Positions 40,455 to 49,996 of a stretch of DNA of 64,000 bases are shown piece after piece. Both the position numbers and the translations under genes were made by a program. The DNA lies in contig CAXFSR010000023.1 in the NCBI GenBank assembly GCA_964005815.1, forward strand, positions 44,196 to 108,195, written 5' to 3'. The stretch comes from an uncultured Nitrospinaceae bacterium (lineage in GTDB: Bacteria > UBA8248). The number at the start of each line of letters is the position of its first letter. Positions within the stretch are counted from its first letter, which is position 1. The notes beneath the pieces are model-generated. The model worked only from the letters and a program-made list of their open reading frames with translations, was not told the origin of the DNA and did no database searches.

Positions 40455-41654
40455 TTAAATAATTTTTGAGTCAGAGAATTTTTTTAAATCTGCTTTAGAA
40501 TATCCTAATTTTAACAAAACTTCTTCAGTATGCTTTCCTTTGGGTGGACCAGCCCATCGTATTTTGCCTGGAGATTCGCTTAGTTGTGGTATTATATTTG
40601 GCATTTTAATTTTCCCCAATTCTTCATCTTCTATTTCAGCAAAAGTTCCTCTTTCTTTTACATGAGGATCTGACATTAGCTGTGCGATATCATTTACCGG
40701 AGCTAGTGCGCTTTCATGTTTAGCAAAATGTTGGATAGTTTCCTCTAAAGTATGAATTTTGATCCAATCTTGTATTGCTTTGTCTAGTTCTTTCATATTA
40801 AGAACCCTACCCTCTTGGGTCGACATTCTTTTATCTTCAGCCAAATCTTTTCTCCCAACAGCTTCCATAGTTCTTTTAAAAATACTGTCTGTGCTGCAAG
40901 AAATAGCTACATATCTGCCATCTTTGCATTTGTAAGTATTTCTTGGTGCAGAAAATGGAATTGTATTTCCAGTTCTCTCTTGTATTTTTCCCAATTGATC
41001 GTACTCAAGCGATTGAGGACCCAAAAGATGAGTTATTGGTTCATATATTGAGACGTCTATTTCTTGACCTGAGGTGTTATGAACATCTCTATGATAGAGT
41101 GCCATCATAACAGCATAAGTTCCGCATAATGCACTTATTCCATCAGCAAGAGGAATTGAAGGGAGTGTTGGGGTAGATTCTGGATTTCCTGTTATGTGAG
41201 CAAAGCCACTCATTGCTTCTGCAAGTGTTCCAAAACCCGGTCTGCGAGAATATTTTCCTTTTTGCCCAAACCCACTTGTTCTAACTAAAATGAGTTTTGG
41301 ATTAATTTTATGGAGCTCTTTAAACGACAAATTCCATTTTTCTAGCGTTCCGGGCCTAAAATTTTCAACTAAAACATCAGAACTTTTACAAAGATTTTTA
41401 AGAATTTCCTGTCCTTTTTTTGTTGAAATATTGCATGTTACGGATTTTTTATTTCTTCCTGCAAATTTCCACCATAATGAAATGCCGTTTTTTTTGGATG
41501 CAAAATTTCTCAGAGAATCTCCTTTAGGATGTTCTATTTTCACGACGTCAGCACCAAAATCGGCCATATACGTTGCAATCCAAGGACCAGCAAACAATGT
41601 GCCGACATCAACTACTTTAATCCCTTGTAATGGGAAAGATTTTTCAGATGACAT
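40455..41654 (-). CDS. CoA-transferase family III (CaiB/BaiF)
   Basis: PLQGIKVVD, FAGP, RNKKS, ENFRPGTLEKW, GKHTEEVL. Confidence 0.9.
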   Translation of the reverse strand: MSSEKSFPLQGIKVVDVGTLFAGPWIATYMADFGADVVKIEHPKGDSLRNFASKKNGISLWWKFAGRNKKSVTCNISTKKGQEILKNLCKSSDVLVENFRPGTLEKWNLSFKELHKINPKLILVRTSGFGQKGKYSRRPGFGTLAEAMSGFAHITGNPESTPTLPSIPLADGISALCGTYAVMMALYHRDVHNTSGQEIDVSIYEPITHLLGPQSLEYDQLGKIQERTGNTIPFSAPRNTYKCKDGRYVAISCSTDSIFKRTMEAVGRKDLAEDKRMSTQEGRVLNMKELDKAIQDWIKIHTLEETIQHFAKHESALAPVNDIAQLMSDPHVKERGTFAEIEDEELGKIKMPNIIPQLSESPGKIRWAGPPKGKHTEEVLLKLGYSKADLKKFSDSKII

Positions 41655-41824
41655 AGTATTTCCAAGAGAAGTAATTTTTTAAATGTTTGATTTATTGACT
41701 ATACTAGGAAAGACAATTTTTCAAAACCAATATTTATGTGATAATGATGGGAATGAAATATTTATATTTCTTTGATATAAATTCTATTAGCTCTTTTATT
41801 TTTTAGTTTCTAAATGAGGTAAGA

Positions 41825-42859
41825 ATGCGGATTGTTATTTCATTAATCACTTTCCTTGTAATTTCGTTTCCTATTGCAGTTACTGATTTTTCTAATAATA
41901 CCAGAGAAATAAATACATACATTGGATCAATAGCTGAAGCTAGAAGATTTGGAGGCATGAGAAGTTTTGGTTTTAGGGGTTCAAGAGGGCTTTTTAGCAG
42001 AAGAGCTTTTGGAGGACGCTCTCGTTTTGGATCTTTTGGTTCGAGAAGATCTGGTTTTGGCAGAAGAGGATTTACTAGGAGGCCTGCTTTTGGTGGATTC
42101 GGAAGAAGTATGTTTGCCGGAATAGGAGGTTTTTTCCTAGGAAGTATGCTCGGAAGAATGCTTTTTCCTGGAATGGGTTATGGGGGGTATGGAGGTGGCT
42201 TCGGACTTTTAGAGATGATTTTAATTTTTGGAGGAATTTTTCTCCTTATGAGATTTATTAGAAATCGTTCGTTTGCCAGAAGTGCTAGTTATTCTCATGC
42301 AAATACAGGAATTCAAACTGATCCTTACCAAATAAATTCCGGTTATGGTTATGATGATTCAGGATACGACAACGAAGATAGACAATCAGAAGAAGAAGCT
42401 TATGCTGGTCGCGAAGTTGATGAAGGACTGCGAAATTTAGGAAAGACAGATAATTCTTTTTCCGCGGATACTTTTTCGAGACTAATGAGGACAAATTTTA
42501 TACGTTTTCAGGAAGCTTACTCCAATCGTGATATTTCTAAAATCACAGATTTGGTTGATGGAGATATTCTCAAAAGTTGCGAAATTGATATTGAAGAAAT
42601 GCGTAGAGAAAAGACCATTAATAAACTCGAAAATATCAATATAGAAAAAAGTGAATTTGTAGAAGTTTGGCAAGAAAACGGCTTTGATTTTATTACGATT
42701 CGATACGAAGTTAGTCTTTTAGATTATGTAGTACACGAAGGATCTGGAGAACATATTTCTGGAAGTACTTCTGCTCCAATTCACTTTATAGAACATTGGA
42801 CTTGGGCAAGAAAAACTGGACCCAATGGATGGTTTTTGTCTGCAATTGAACAGGTTTGA
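41825..42859 (+). CDS. Tim44-domain membrane protein with an R/G/F-rich low-complexity segment
   Basis: Signal-like N-terminus, Gly-rich TM region, C-terminal FITIRYEVSLLDY...FIEHWTWAR..WFLSAIEQ. Confidence 0.85.
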   Translation: MRIVISLITFLVISFPIAVTDFSNNTREINTYIGSIAEARRFGGMRSFGFRGSRGLFSRRAFGGRSRFGSFGSRRSGFGRRGFTRRPAFGGFGRSMFAGIGGFFLGSMLGRMLFPGMGYGGYGGGFGLLEMILIFGGIFLLMRFIRNRSFARSASYSHANTGIQTDPYQINSGYGYDDSGYDNEDRQSEEEAYAGREVDEGLRNLGKTDNSFSADTFSRLMRTNFIRFQEAYSNRDISKITDLVDGDILKSCEIDIEEMRREKTINKLENINIEKSEFVEVWQENGFDFITIRYEVSLLDYVVHEGSGEHISGSTSAPIHFIEHWTWARKTGPNGWFLSAIEQV

Positions 42860-42860
42860 T

Positions 42861-43193
42861 TTAATTTTTTCCTGAAGTATCGTCATTTGTTTCGTCGAGG
42901 TGTTCTTCCCCGTATTTTTTTCCACCTTCCCAGTCTTTAAGTGACCACCATAAGTAAATAATTGTGGACATAATTATCAACATAATGATACCGAAAATAA
43001 AAATAAATTCTTTTGAGAGAGAAGAACGATAATTTGTATTTATTTTTGTTTTGGGTGTTTTGATTGTTTTTTGCGATTTCACATCTATGGGCGTAGTCTG
43101 ATACTTATTTAAGGTAATGTAGCCAAGGCCAAACAATACAGACAATATTATTGCCGAACAAATCGGCCATTTTATTCCTTTTTTTTCATTCAA
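42861..43193 (-). CDS. Hypothetical two-TM membrane protein
   Basis: Two hydrophobic segments; TTG start overlaps the stop of the upstream gene (TTGA). Confidence 0.55.
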   Translation of the reverse strand: MNEKKGIKWPICSAIILSVLFGLGYITLNKYQTTPIDVKSQKTIKTPKTKINTNYRSSLSKEFIFIFGIIMLIIMSTIIYLWWSLKDWEGGKKYGEEHLDETNDDTSGKN

Positions 43194-44158
43194 TCTCTTG
43201 TCCTCGCAATAACTTCTTCAGAAAGTAATGCCAGCTGATCCAGTTCTTCTTCTGGAGGGCCTGCATGTTTAAACACAAAATGTTTGGCTCCAGCATTTTT
43301 AAAATTTTCAATCTCTTCCACGCATTTTTCAGGAGGGCCAAAAATAAGATATTTTTCAGCAATACCATTAAAATCCATATTATATCTTCGAGAAAGGTTT
43401 TTAATGCCGCTTGTAAGTGCACGTTTTTCATCTTTATGTGAATAAATAAATGCGTGATGAGCTGGTGTCCACAGCCCTTCATCTATTTGAAGGGTTGTTC
43501 CTATTTTATTTGCATAATTATGCATCTGTTGTAATCCATCTTTAAATTTTTCAGATGAATAAAGATACGAGATATATCCATTTCCTTTTGTGACTGCACG
43601 TTTCCTTGCAGCATCACTTCTTCCACCAACCCAAATTGGCGGACCACCTTTTGTCAGAGGAGCGGGAGTTTGTCTTACGGAACTAAAATTCCAAAATTTA
43701 CCTTTATGCTGAACATTTTCACCGGTCCAAAGCTTTTTAATTATTTCTATTGATTCATCTGTTCTTTTGCTTCGTTCTGCAACAGGCACTCCGCAAAGCT
43801 CAAACTCCTTTTGTCCCTCACCACCAATACCTATTCCAAAAATAAATCTATTGCCACCGCTTAAAAAATCAACTGTGGCTGCAATTTTTGCAGAGATAGC
43901 AGGTCTTCGAAGAGGAACTAAAAAAACAGCAGTACCTATCGTTATTTTAGATGTTTTTACAGCGAATGCTGCAAGAGTTGTTAGGCTATCTGTATAATGT
44001 CCATGAAATGCTACATGATCACCCATCCACAAAGAATCGTATCCGCAATTCTCTGCCTGTACAGCAAAGTTTAAAATTTCTTCGGGGGCAGGAATTTTTT
44101 CAGGATGTAAGCTTGCGCTTACACCAAACTTAGTTTTAACCATCTTTCTATTTTGCAC
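43190..44158 (-). CDS. LLM-class flavin-dependent oxidoreductase (luciferase-like)
   Basis: GYDSLWMGDH, GIGIG, PPIWVGGRS, LIFGPPEKC. Confidence 0.9.
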   Translation of the reverse strand: MQNRKMVKTKFGVSASLHPEKIPAPEEILNFAVQAENCGYDSLWMGDHVAFHGHYTDSLTTLAAFAVKTSKITIGTAVFLVPLRRPAISAKIAATVDFLSGGNRFIFGIGIGGEGQKEFELCGVPVAERSKRTDESIEIIKKLWTGENVQHKGKFWNFSSVRQTPAPLTKGGPPIWVGGRSDAARKRAVTKGNGYISYLYSSEKFKDGLQQMHNYANKIGTTLQIDEGLWTPAHHAFIYSHKDEKRALTSGIKNLSRRYNMDFNGIAEKYLIFGPPEKCVEEIENFKNAGAKHFVFKHAGPPEEELDQLALLSEEVIARTRD

Positions 44159-44311
44159 TCAATTTTGTTTATAAAAACCATCTCAGACAAACTCTATCAT
44201 TGAATGAAATTCTTATGTAGACCTATCACTAAACTAAATATTTTTATATTGTGACATTTATCTGGTTTAATAGTTTTTTATCTTTTTTACTGTAATAGGA
44301 AAGGATTAAAG

Positions 44312-45607
44312 TTGGTTGACATAAAACCATTTCGGGCTCTGCGATATACAAAAATTTCCCCTGAAAAAATGGGAGATGTAACTTCTCCTCCTTATGATGT
44401 TTTCAACGATGAACTGCAGGATTTATTTTATGAAAAACACCCAAACAATATCGTCCGATTGATACAGGGGAAAAAAGAATCCAGTGAAAGTAACGATGAA
44501 CCTAGAGTTACGCGGGCAATTGATTTTTTAAAGCAATGGAAAAAAGAAGGGGTCTTAACTCTTGATGAAAAGCCCTGTGTATTTCCTTACAGGCAAACTT
44601 TTTTGTTGCCTGATGGAAAAAAACTAGAAAGAAACTCTTTTTTTACAACGGTTAAACTTGAGGAATATGGAAAAGGAAAAATCTTTCCTCATGAACAAAC
44701 TTTTCCGAAGCCAAAGGGATTTCTTCTTGATTTATGGGGTAAGGCGGGTGCGCATTTAGGTCCAATTTTTAGTTTTTATGATGATGGAGAAGATTTTGCA
44801 ATCAACTCCTTGTCTGCTTCTATTTCAAAAACAAATCTTTTAGCGGACTTCGAAGAGGATGGTGTACGGCATGAACTGTGGTTTTGTGATGATGAAAATG
44901 TAATAGATTTAATCAAATCATCTCTTTCTGAAAAAGATATTTTTATTGCAGATGGACATCATCGCTATGAGACCAGTTTAAATCTTCGTGAATTAGAGGA
45001 TGAAGAAAAAAATGTAGAATCAGATTACACATTAATGTGTTTAGCAAATCTAAAAGATCCAGGAATGATCATTCTTCCAACACATCGAATGATAAGAGAG
45101 ATAAATTCTGCTGTTCCTGATTTTTTAAATTCTATTTCTGAACTCTATAATATTATTGAAGAGCCAGATCCGGGAGAAAATGCAGGATCGCTTGTTTCAG
45201 AGAAGTTAAAAAAAATCTCTACTGACCATAATTCTTCTGTTTTTTGTTTTTCTGATGGGAAAGGTACTCTTCGATACCTAATTAGAAAAACAAATCAGGA
45301 AGAAAAAGCAGATGATCCCCTGAAAACACTTGATGTGTCTTTACTTCAATCCGAGATAATAGATGATGGCCTCAAAGCAAGTCATGATGATGGAAATATG
45401 AGTTTTACGCCAGATCCAGAAGAGGCTCTTTCTTTTGCAAGAACAGATGAATTTAATGCGGTGTTGCTTTTAAATCCTACACCAATTGATTCAGTGTGCG
45501 AAATCGCGAAAAAAGGTGGGAAAATGCCTCACAAGTCAACTTATTTCTATCCCAAGCTTAGAACGGGTCTAGTGATTCACCCTTTTTCTTCTCCAGCGAC
45601 GGATTAA
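44312..45607 (+). CDS. DUF1015 family protein
   Basis: IKPFRALRY, SPPYDV, PHEQT, IADGHHRYET, MPHKSTYFYPK. Confidence 0.9.
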   Translation: MVDIKPFRALRYTKISPEKMGDVTSPPYDVFNDELQDLFYEKHPNNIVRLIQGKKESSESNDEPRVTRAIDFLKQWKKEGVLTLDEKPCVFPYRQTFLLPDGKKLERNSFFTTVKLEEYGKGKIFPHEQTFPKPKGFLLDLWGKAGAHLGPIFSFYDDGEDFAINSLSASISKTNLLADFEEDGVRHELWFCDDENVIDLIKSSLSEKDIFIADGHHRYETSLNLRELEDEEKNVESDYTLMCLANLKDPGMIILPTHRMIREINSAVPDFLNSISELYNIIEEPDPGENAGSLVSEKLKKISTDHNSSVFCFSDGKGTLRYLIRKTNQEEKADDPLKTLDVSLLQSEIIDDGLKASHDDGNMSFTPDPEEALSFARTDEFNAVLLLNPTPIDSVCEIAKKGGKMPHKSTYFYPKLRTGLVIHPFSSPATD

Positions 45608-45616
45608 TAGATTAAG

Positions 45617-46225
45617 ATGAAGATTAAATCTAGTGATTTTTTAAAGAGTGCATCAAAAAAAAATGGTTGGCCACAAACGGAACTTCCAGAAATCGCTTTT
45701 GCAGGAAGAAGTAATGTAGGAAAATCTTCGCTTATAAATTTTATTTTAGGTCGGAAAAATCTCGTGAAGGTTAGCAACACACCCGGAAAAACTAGACTTA
45801 TAAATTTTTTTAATATTTATGCTAATCCTTCAGATTTTTTGTTAGTAGATTTGCCTGGATATGGTTTTGCAAAGGGACCTATAAAAGAAAAAGAACAATG
45901 GCAATTCATGATCGAACAATTTTTAAAAGACAGAAAAGAACTTCTCGGTATTTTTTTGCTTGTAGATTCTAGACGAGGAGTACAAGAAATGGATTTTAAT
46001 TTGCTGGAATGGTTGATAGCCTATGACCTTCAGGCATGTCTTGTCTTTACGAAGACAGATAAGATTAAGAGAAATGAACAAGCGAAAATTGCCAAAGATC
46101 CAAATATAGGAGATATCATGTCTAAATATAAGGATTTTTCAGGCCCTATTCTCAGTAGCGCTACTCATAAAATTGGCAAAAAAAATATTTTTAATCAGAT
46201 AGAAACATGGCTGGAAATGATTTAG
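45617..46225 (+). CDS. engB: Ribosome biogenesis GTPase YihA/YsxC (EngB)
   Basis: EIAFAGRSNVGKSSLIN, TPGKT, DLPGYG, TKTDK. Confidence 0.95.
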   Translation: MKIKSSDFLKSASKKNGWPQTELPEIAFAGRSNVGKSSLINFILGRKNLVKVSNTPGKTRLINFFNIYANPSDFLLVDLPGYGFAKGPIKEKEQWQFMIEQFLKDRKELLGIFLLVDSRRGVQEMDFNLLEWLIAYDLQACLVFTKTDKIKRNEQAKIAKDPNIGDIMSKYKDFSGPILSSATHKIGKKNIFNQIETWLEMI

Positions 46226-46259
46226 CTTAGAATTAAGAATGTTAGGTTAGGGTTAAATT

Positions 46260-47216
46260 ATGGCGAAAATTAAATCAAATTTAAAGGGTTGGAAGCCAGG
46301 GGTTCCAAACGTAAAGCCAGAGAATCGAGTTTATGATTATCCGATTAAAACAAATAAAAAGCCCAAAAAAAAGGATAGTCTCTTATTTGGCACTGGCGGT
46401 GTTCCCCATTCGGCAAAAATTAAGACTCATCCTTCTGCAGTTAAGAGGCTAAGTGAACTTGGGTTATCAGTTTACGAAATGGAGTTTGTTCACGGAGTAA
46501 GAATTAAACCTGAAACTTGCGAGGAAGTCAAAAAAGAAGCAAAAAACACGGGATTAAATATTACTGCGCATGGACCTTATTATATTAATCTATACTCGAT
46601 GGAAGAAGAAAAAATAGAAGCAAGTAGAAAACGTGTAATTGACACTGCTCTAGCCCTTCACTCCTGTGGTGGTGATGGAGCTTGTTTTCACCCCGGTTTT
46701 TATCAAAAAAGGGATGAAAATGAAGTTTATCAATTTATTTTAAAGCAAATAGATGAAATCTTAGATTATCTTCAAGAACAAGGGTGTCCGTGTCGATTAG
46801 ATCCTGAAACTACCGGGAAAGGAAGTCAATTCGGTTCTCTTTCCGAATTAACCAAAATGGCTGGTTCTTTAAGAGATAAGAATATAGGGATAACAATGGA
46901 TTTTGCTCATATTCACGCACGTACAGCGGGAAAGGAAAATTCTTATGAAGAATTTTCAAACCAATTACAGATGGTAAAGGATAAGCTAGGAAAGAAAGGA
47001 TTAAAGTCCATGCATATTCATCTATCTGGAATTGCATATAGTGAAAAGGGAGAGGCACATCATTTAGAATTATCTGAATCTGATATGAATTTTAAAGATT
47101 TATTTCGTGCTTTAATTGATTTTGGAGTTGAGGGAAGAGTTGTTTGCGAAAGTCCTGCCTTGGAATACGATGCGCTTTTGATGCAAAAAGAATATCGAAA
47201 GCTAAACGGAAGTTAG
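46260..47216 (+). CDS. Endonuclease IV-like TIM-barrel protein (archaeal-type AP endonuclease)
   Basis: FGTGGVP, EMEFVHGV, AHGPYYINL, FHPG, ETTGKGSQFGSL, DFAHIHAR, HIHLSGI, CESP. Confidence 0.8.
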   Translation: MAKIKSNLKGWKPGVPNVKPENRVYDYPIKTNKKPKKKDSLLFGTGGVPHSAKIKTHPSAVKRLSELGLSVYEMEFVHGVRIKPETCEEVKKEAKNTGLNITAHGPYYINLYSMEEEKIEASRKRVIDTALALHSCGGDGACFHPGFYQKRDENEVYQFILKQIDEILDYLQEQGCPCRLDPETTGKGSQFGSLSELTKMAGSLRDKNIGITMDFAHIHARTAGKENSYEEFSNQLQMVKDKLGKKGLKSMHIHLSGIAYSEKGEAHHLELSESDMNFKDLFRALIDFGVEGRVVCESPALEYDALLMQKEYRKLNGS

Positions 47217-47231
47217 AAAAGGAACATTAAA

Positions 47232-48599
47232 ATGAATGAAATATCTTATCAATTAGCTTCATTTGCACAGCAGTCTAGCTTTGATGATTTATCTGAAGAA
47301 GTAAGAGAGAGAATGAAAGTGTTGCTTTTGGACGCTATAGCATGCGCCATAGGATCCTTACGCTCTGAACCAATTCAATTTTTAAAAGATCAAGTTGAGG
47401 AATTCGGTGGTTCTTCTATAACTTCATTGATTGGTGGAGGGAAAACAGCACCCGATCGAGCTGCTTTCTTTAATGCTGCTTTAATAAGATATCTTGATTT
47501 TAATGATGGGTATATGGGTAGTCTTGCTACATGTCACCCGAGTGATCAATTAGGAGCTATTTTGGCTGCTTCCGAGTATGCTGATTTAAGCGGGTCTGAT
47601 TTTATGACTGCTCTGGCTCTTGCATATGAAATCCAGTGTCGTTTTTGCGAATTTTGTTCCTATGAAGACAAGGGATTTGATCAAGCTCTGGCAATCTCTT
47701 ATTCAACAGCGGCAGGAGTTTCTAGAGCTTTGAGTTTAGATATAGAAAAAACAGCAAATGCTATTGGAATAAGTGGCGCTTCCCAAAATCCTTTTCTTAT
47801 TGTTCGTGCAGGTCGCATTTCTCATTGGAAAGGTTTTTCCACTGCAAACACTTGCGCTAATGCTTTGCACGCAACTTTTCTCGCTATGAGAGGGGTTACA
47901 GGACCACCTGAAATATTTGAAGGGCCTTTGGGATTGTTTGATTCTATTACTGGCCCCTTTGACATTAACTTGGCAGATACATCAATAAAGAAAGTTCTCG
48001 AAATAAGCTTAAAAAAATTTAATGCTGGAATTCATTCCCAAACAGCCATAGAAGGTGTGATTGAACTAAAAGAAGAAAATGATCTTATTCCTGAAGAAAT
48101 CTCTGAAGTTGAAATTGAAATTTATCAGCGTGCTTATTTTATAATGGGTGGAGGTAAGGGTGGAGACAAACATGATGTTCAAAATAAAGAGACCGCAGAT
48201 CATAGCCTCCCCTATGTTTTGGCAGCAGCTTTGATAGACAATAATGTAATGCCGGAACAATTTGAAGAAAAGCGAATTTTAGAAGAGGATGTGCAAAGTT
48301 TGCTTAGATGTGTAAAAGTTTCTAATTCTGAGGCACTTACCAATCGGTACCCTCAAGAATCACCAGTAACAATTAAAATTACAAACAAAGAGAATAAAAT
48401 TTTCAAAAAGGAAAAATCTTCTTATGAAGGTCATTATTCAAAACCTATGGAATGGTCTACTGTCGTAGAAAAATTTGGATTTCTTTGTGATGATTTTATC
48501 TCTGCCCAAATGAAAGAAGAAATAATAGACGCAGTCTCTCGAATAGATGCAATCCAGGTTTCAGATTTGACAAGCATTATTTCTAAAATGAAAATATAA
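47232..48599 (+). CDS. MmgE/PrpD family protein (2-methylcitrate dehydratase-like)
   Basis: IRYLDFND, CHPSD, ISHWKG, ETADHSLPY. Confidence 0.9.
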   Translation: MNEISYQLASFAQQSSFDDLSEEVRERMKVLLLDAIACAIGSLRSEPIQFLKDQVEEFGGSSITSLIGGGKTAPDRAAFFNAALIRYLDFNDGYMGSLATCHPSDQLGAILAASEYADLSGSDFMTALALAYEIQCRFCEFCSYEDKGFDQALAISYSTAAGVSRALSLDIEKTANAIGISGASQNPFLIVRAGRISHWKGFSTANTCANALHATFLAMRGVTGPPEIFEGPLGLFDSITGPFDINLADTSIKKVLEISLKKFNAGIHSQTAIEGVIELKEENDLIPEEISEVEIEIYQRAYFIMGGGKGGDKHDVQNKETADHSLPYVLAAALIDNNVMPEQFEEKRILEEDVQSLLRCVKVSNSEALTNRYPQESPVTIKITNKENKIFKKEKSSYEGHYSKPMEWSTVVEKFGFLCDDFISAQMKEEIIDAVSRIDAIQVSDLTSIISKMKI

Positions 48600-48639
48600 A
48601 AAATGATTTTTATAAGATATAACTTCAATTGAGGGGAAA

Positions 48640-48885
48640 ATGAAAAATATTGACGAGGTAATAGTTTACTCTTCTACGACCTGACCTCCTTGTAAGCAAA
48701 TGAAAGAGTTTCTTTCTTTGAATGATATTGTTTTTAAGGAAAAATTAGTTGATCAAGATCCAGATGCACTTACAGAGTTGGTTGAAAAAACTGGAATTAG
48801 AGGCACACCCGTTATGATTACTGGAGATGATGTGGTAGTTGGTTTTGACAAAAACAAAATAAAGAATATTTTTGATCTAAATTAG
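48640..48885 (+). CDS. Glutaredoxin/NrdH-redoxin-like protein; candidate selenoprotein (UPPC)
   Basis: SD GAGGGG plus ATG 48640: MKNIDEVIVYSSTT-TGA(48682-84)-PPCKQMKEFLS...GIRGTPV...VVGFD, in frame with the tracked 61-aa ORF. Confidence 0.87.
48697..48720 (+). promoter_or_regulatory. Candidate bacterial SECIS hairpin
   Basis: CAAA-U(bulge)-GAAAGA-[GUU]-UCUUUC-UUUG, starting 12 nt after the UGA; the loop begins with G. Confidence 0.6.
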
Positions 48886-49006
48886 GATTAAAATAAAACT
48901 CTTTTTTTTGGATAGTCTTTAGGCTTGGCAGTAACAAAAAGTGGTGTTAATATCTTCTGGTTTTCAGTTTATTAGTTGTTTTGTGGTTGTTTTTTTTGAG
49001 GTTTTT

Positions 49007-49966
49007 TTGAGCAAAAGAGATTTTGAAGTTATTATTGTTGGTGCGGGTCCTGCTGGTTTGACAGCAGGTTTATATGTTTCTCGTTCTAAGATAGATGTAG
49101 TTTGTTTTGAGAAAATGGCTCCAGGCGGTGAAATATTAAATACGGAGTTTGTTGAAGATTATCCTGGTTTTGATTTAATTGGTGGTCCTGAATTGGCTGC
49201 TAAATTTACGGATCATGCAATAAAATTTGGATTAAAGATAGAAATGGAAGAGGTGCTTGAGATCTCTAAGGATGGAGATGATTTTTTAGTAAAGACCGAT
49301 ATGGGTGACAGGCGGTGTGGAGCAGTTATCTACACACCAGGCGGAATACCTAGAAAGCTTGAAATTCCTGGAGAAACTGAATATTCTGGAAAGGGTGTAA
49401 GTTATTGTGCACTTTGTGATGGAGCTTTTTTTCAAGATGAAGTGATCACTGTTGTCGGTGGAGGAAATAGTGCTGTTGAAGAAAGTAACTTTCTTACCAA
49501 ATATGGTTCTAAAGTTTATTTGATTCATAGGAGAGAACAATTTAGGGCACATGCTGTTGCAGTTGACAAGTTAGTGGAAAACCCAAAAGTGGAAATTATT
49601 ACAGATCATGTCGTGGATGAAGTTGTTGGTGATGGTAAGGAAATGAAAAAACTCAAAATTCGTAATGTAAAAACGGATGAACAACAGGAATTAGACGCTA
49701 CAGGGTTATTTGTTTTTGTTGGATTTACTCCAAACACGGATCTTATCAAAGATCCCGTTGAAAAAGATGAATTTGGCTTTATAATTACTAATCAGAATAT
49801 GGAGACAAATATTCCTGGTCTTTTTGTTGCTGGTGATTGCAGAAGCCAACTTATACGGCAAATTACTAACGCAAGTGGAGATGCTACTACAGCTGCTGTA
49901 GCTGCTGAAAAGTATTTAGAAGCGCAAGTAGAAAGACAAAAAAAGGAAAATGCTGCTGCTTCTTAA
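49007..49966 (+). CDS. trxB: Thioredoxin-disulfide reductase
   Basis: GAGPAGLTA, GVSYCALCDG, GGGNSA, HRREQFRA, AGDCR. Start re-placed at TTG 49007 after SD GAGG. Confidence 0.95.
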   Translation: MSKRDFEVIIVGAGPAGLTAGLYVSRSKIDVVCFEKMAPGGEILNTEFVEDYPGFDLIGGPELAAKFTDHAIKFGLKIEMEEVLEISKDGDDFLVKTDMGDRRCGAVIYTPGGIPRKLEIPGETEYSGKGVSYCALCDGAFFQDEVITVVGGGNSAVEESNFLTKYGSKVYLIHRREQFRAHAVAVDKLVENPKVEIITDHVVDEVVGDGKEMKKLKIRNVKTDEQQELDATGLFVFVGFTPNTDLIKDPVEKDEFGFIITNQNMETNIPGLFVAGDCRSQLIRQITNASGDATTAAVAAEKYLEAQVERQKKENAAAS

Positions 49967-49996
49967 AACTAATAATTATGGAGAATAGATAATAAA

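Noticed and set aside
43186..43482. 98-aa ORF within the LLM gene
   Set aside because: Same-strand alternative frame inside a conserved gene.
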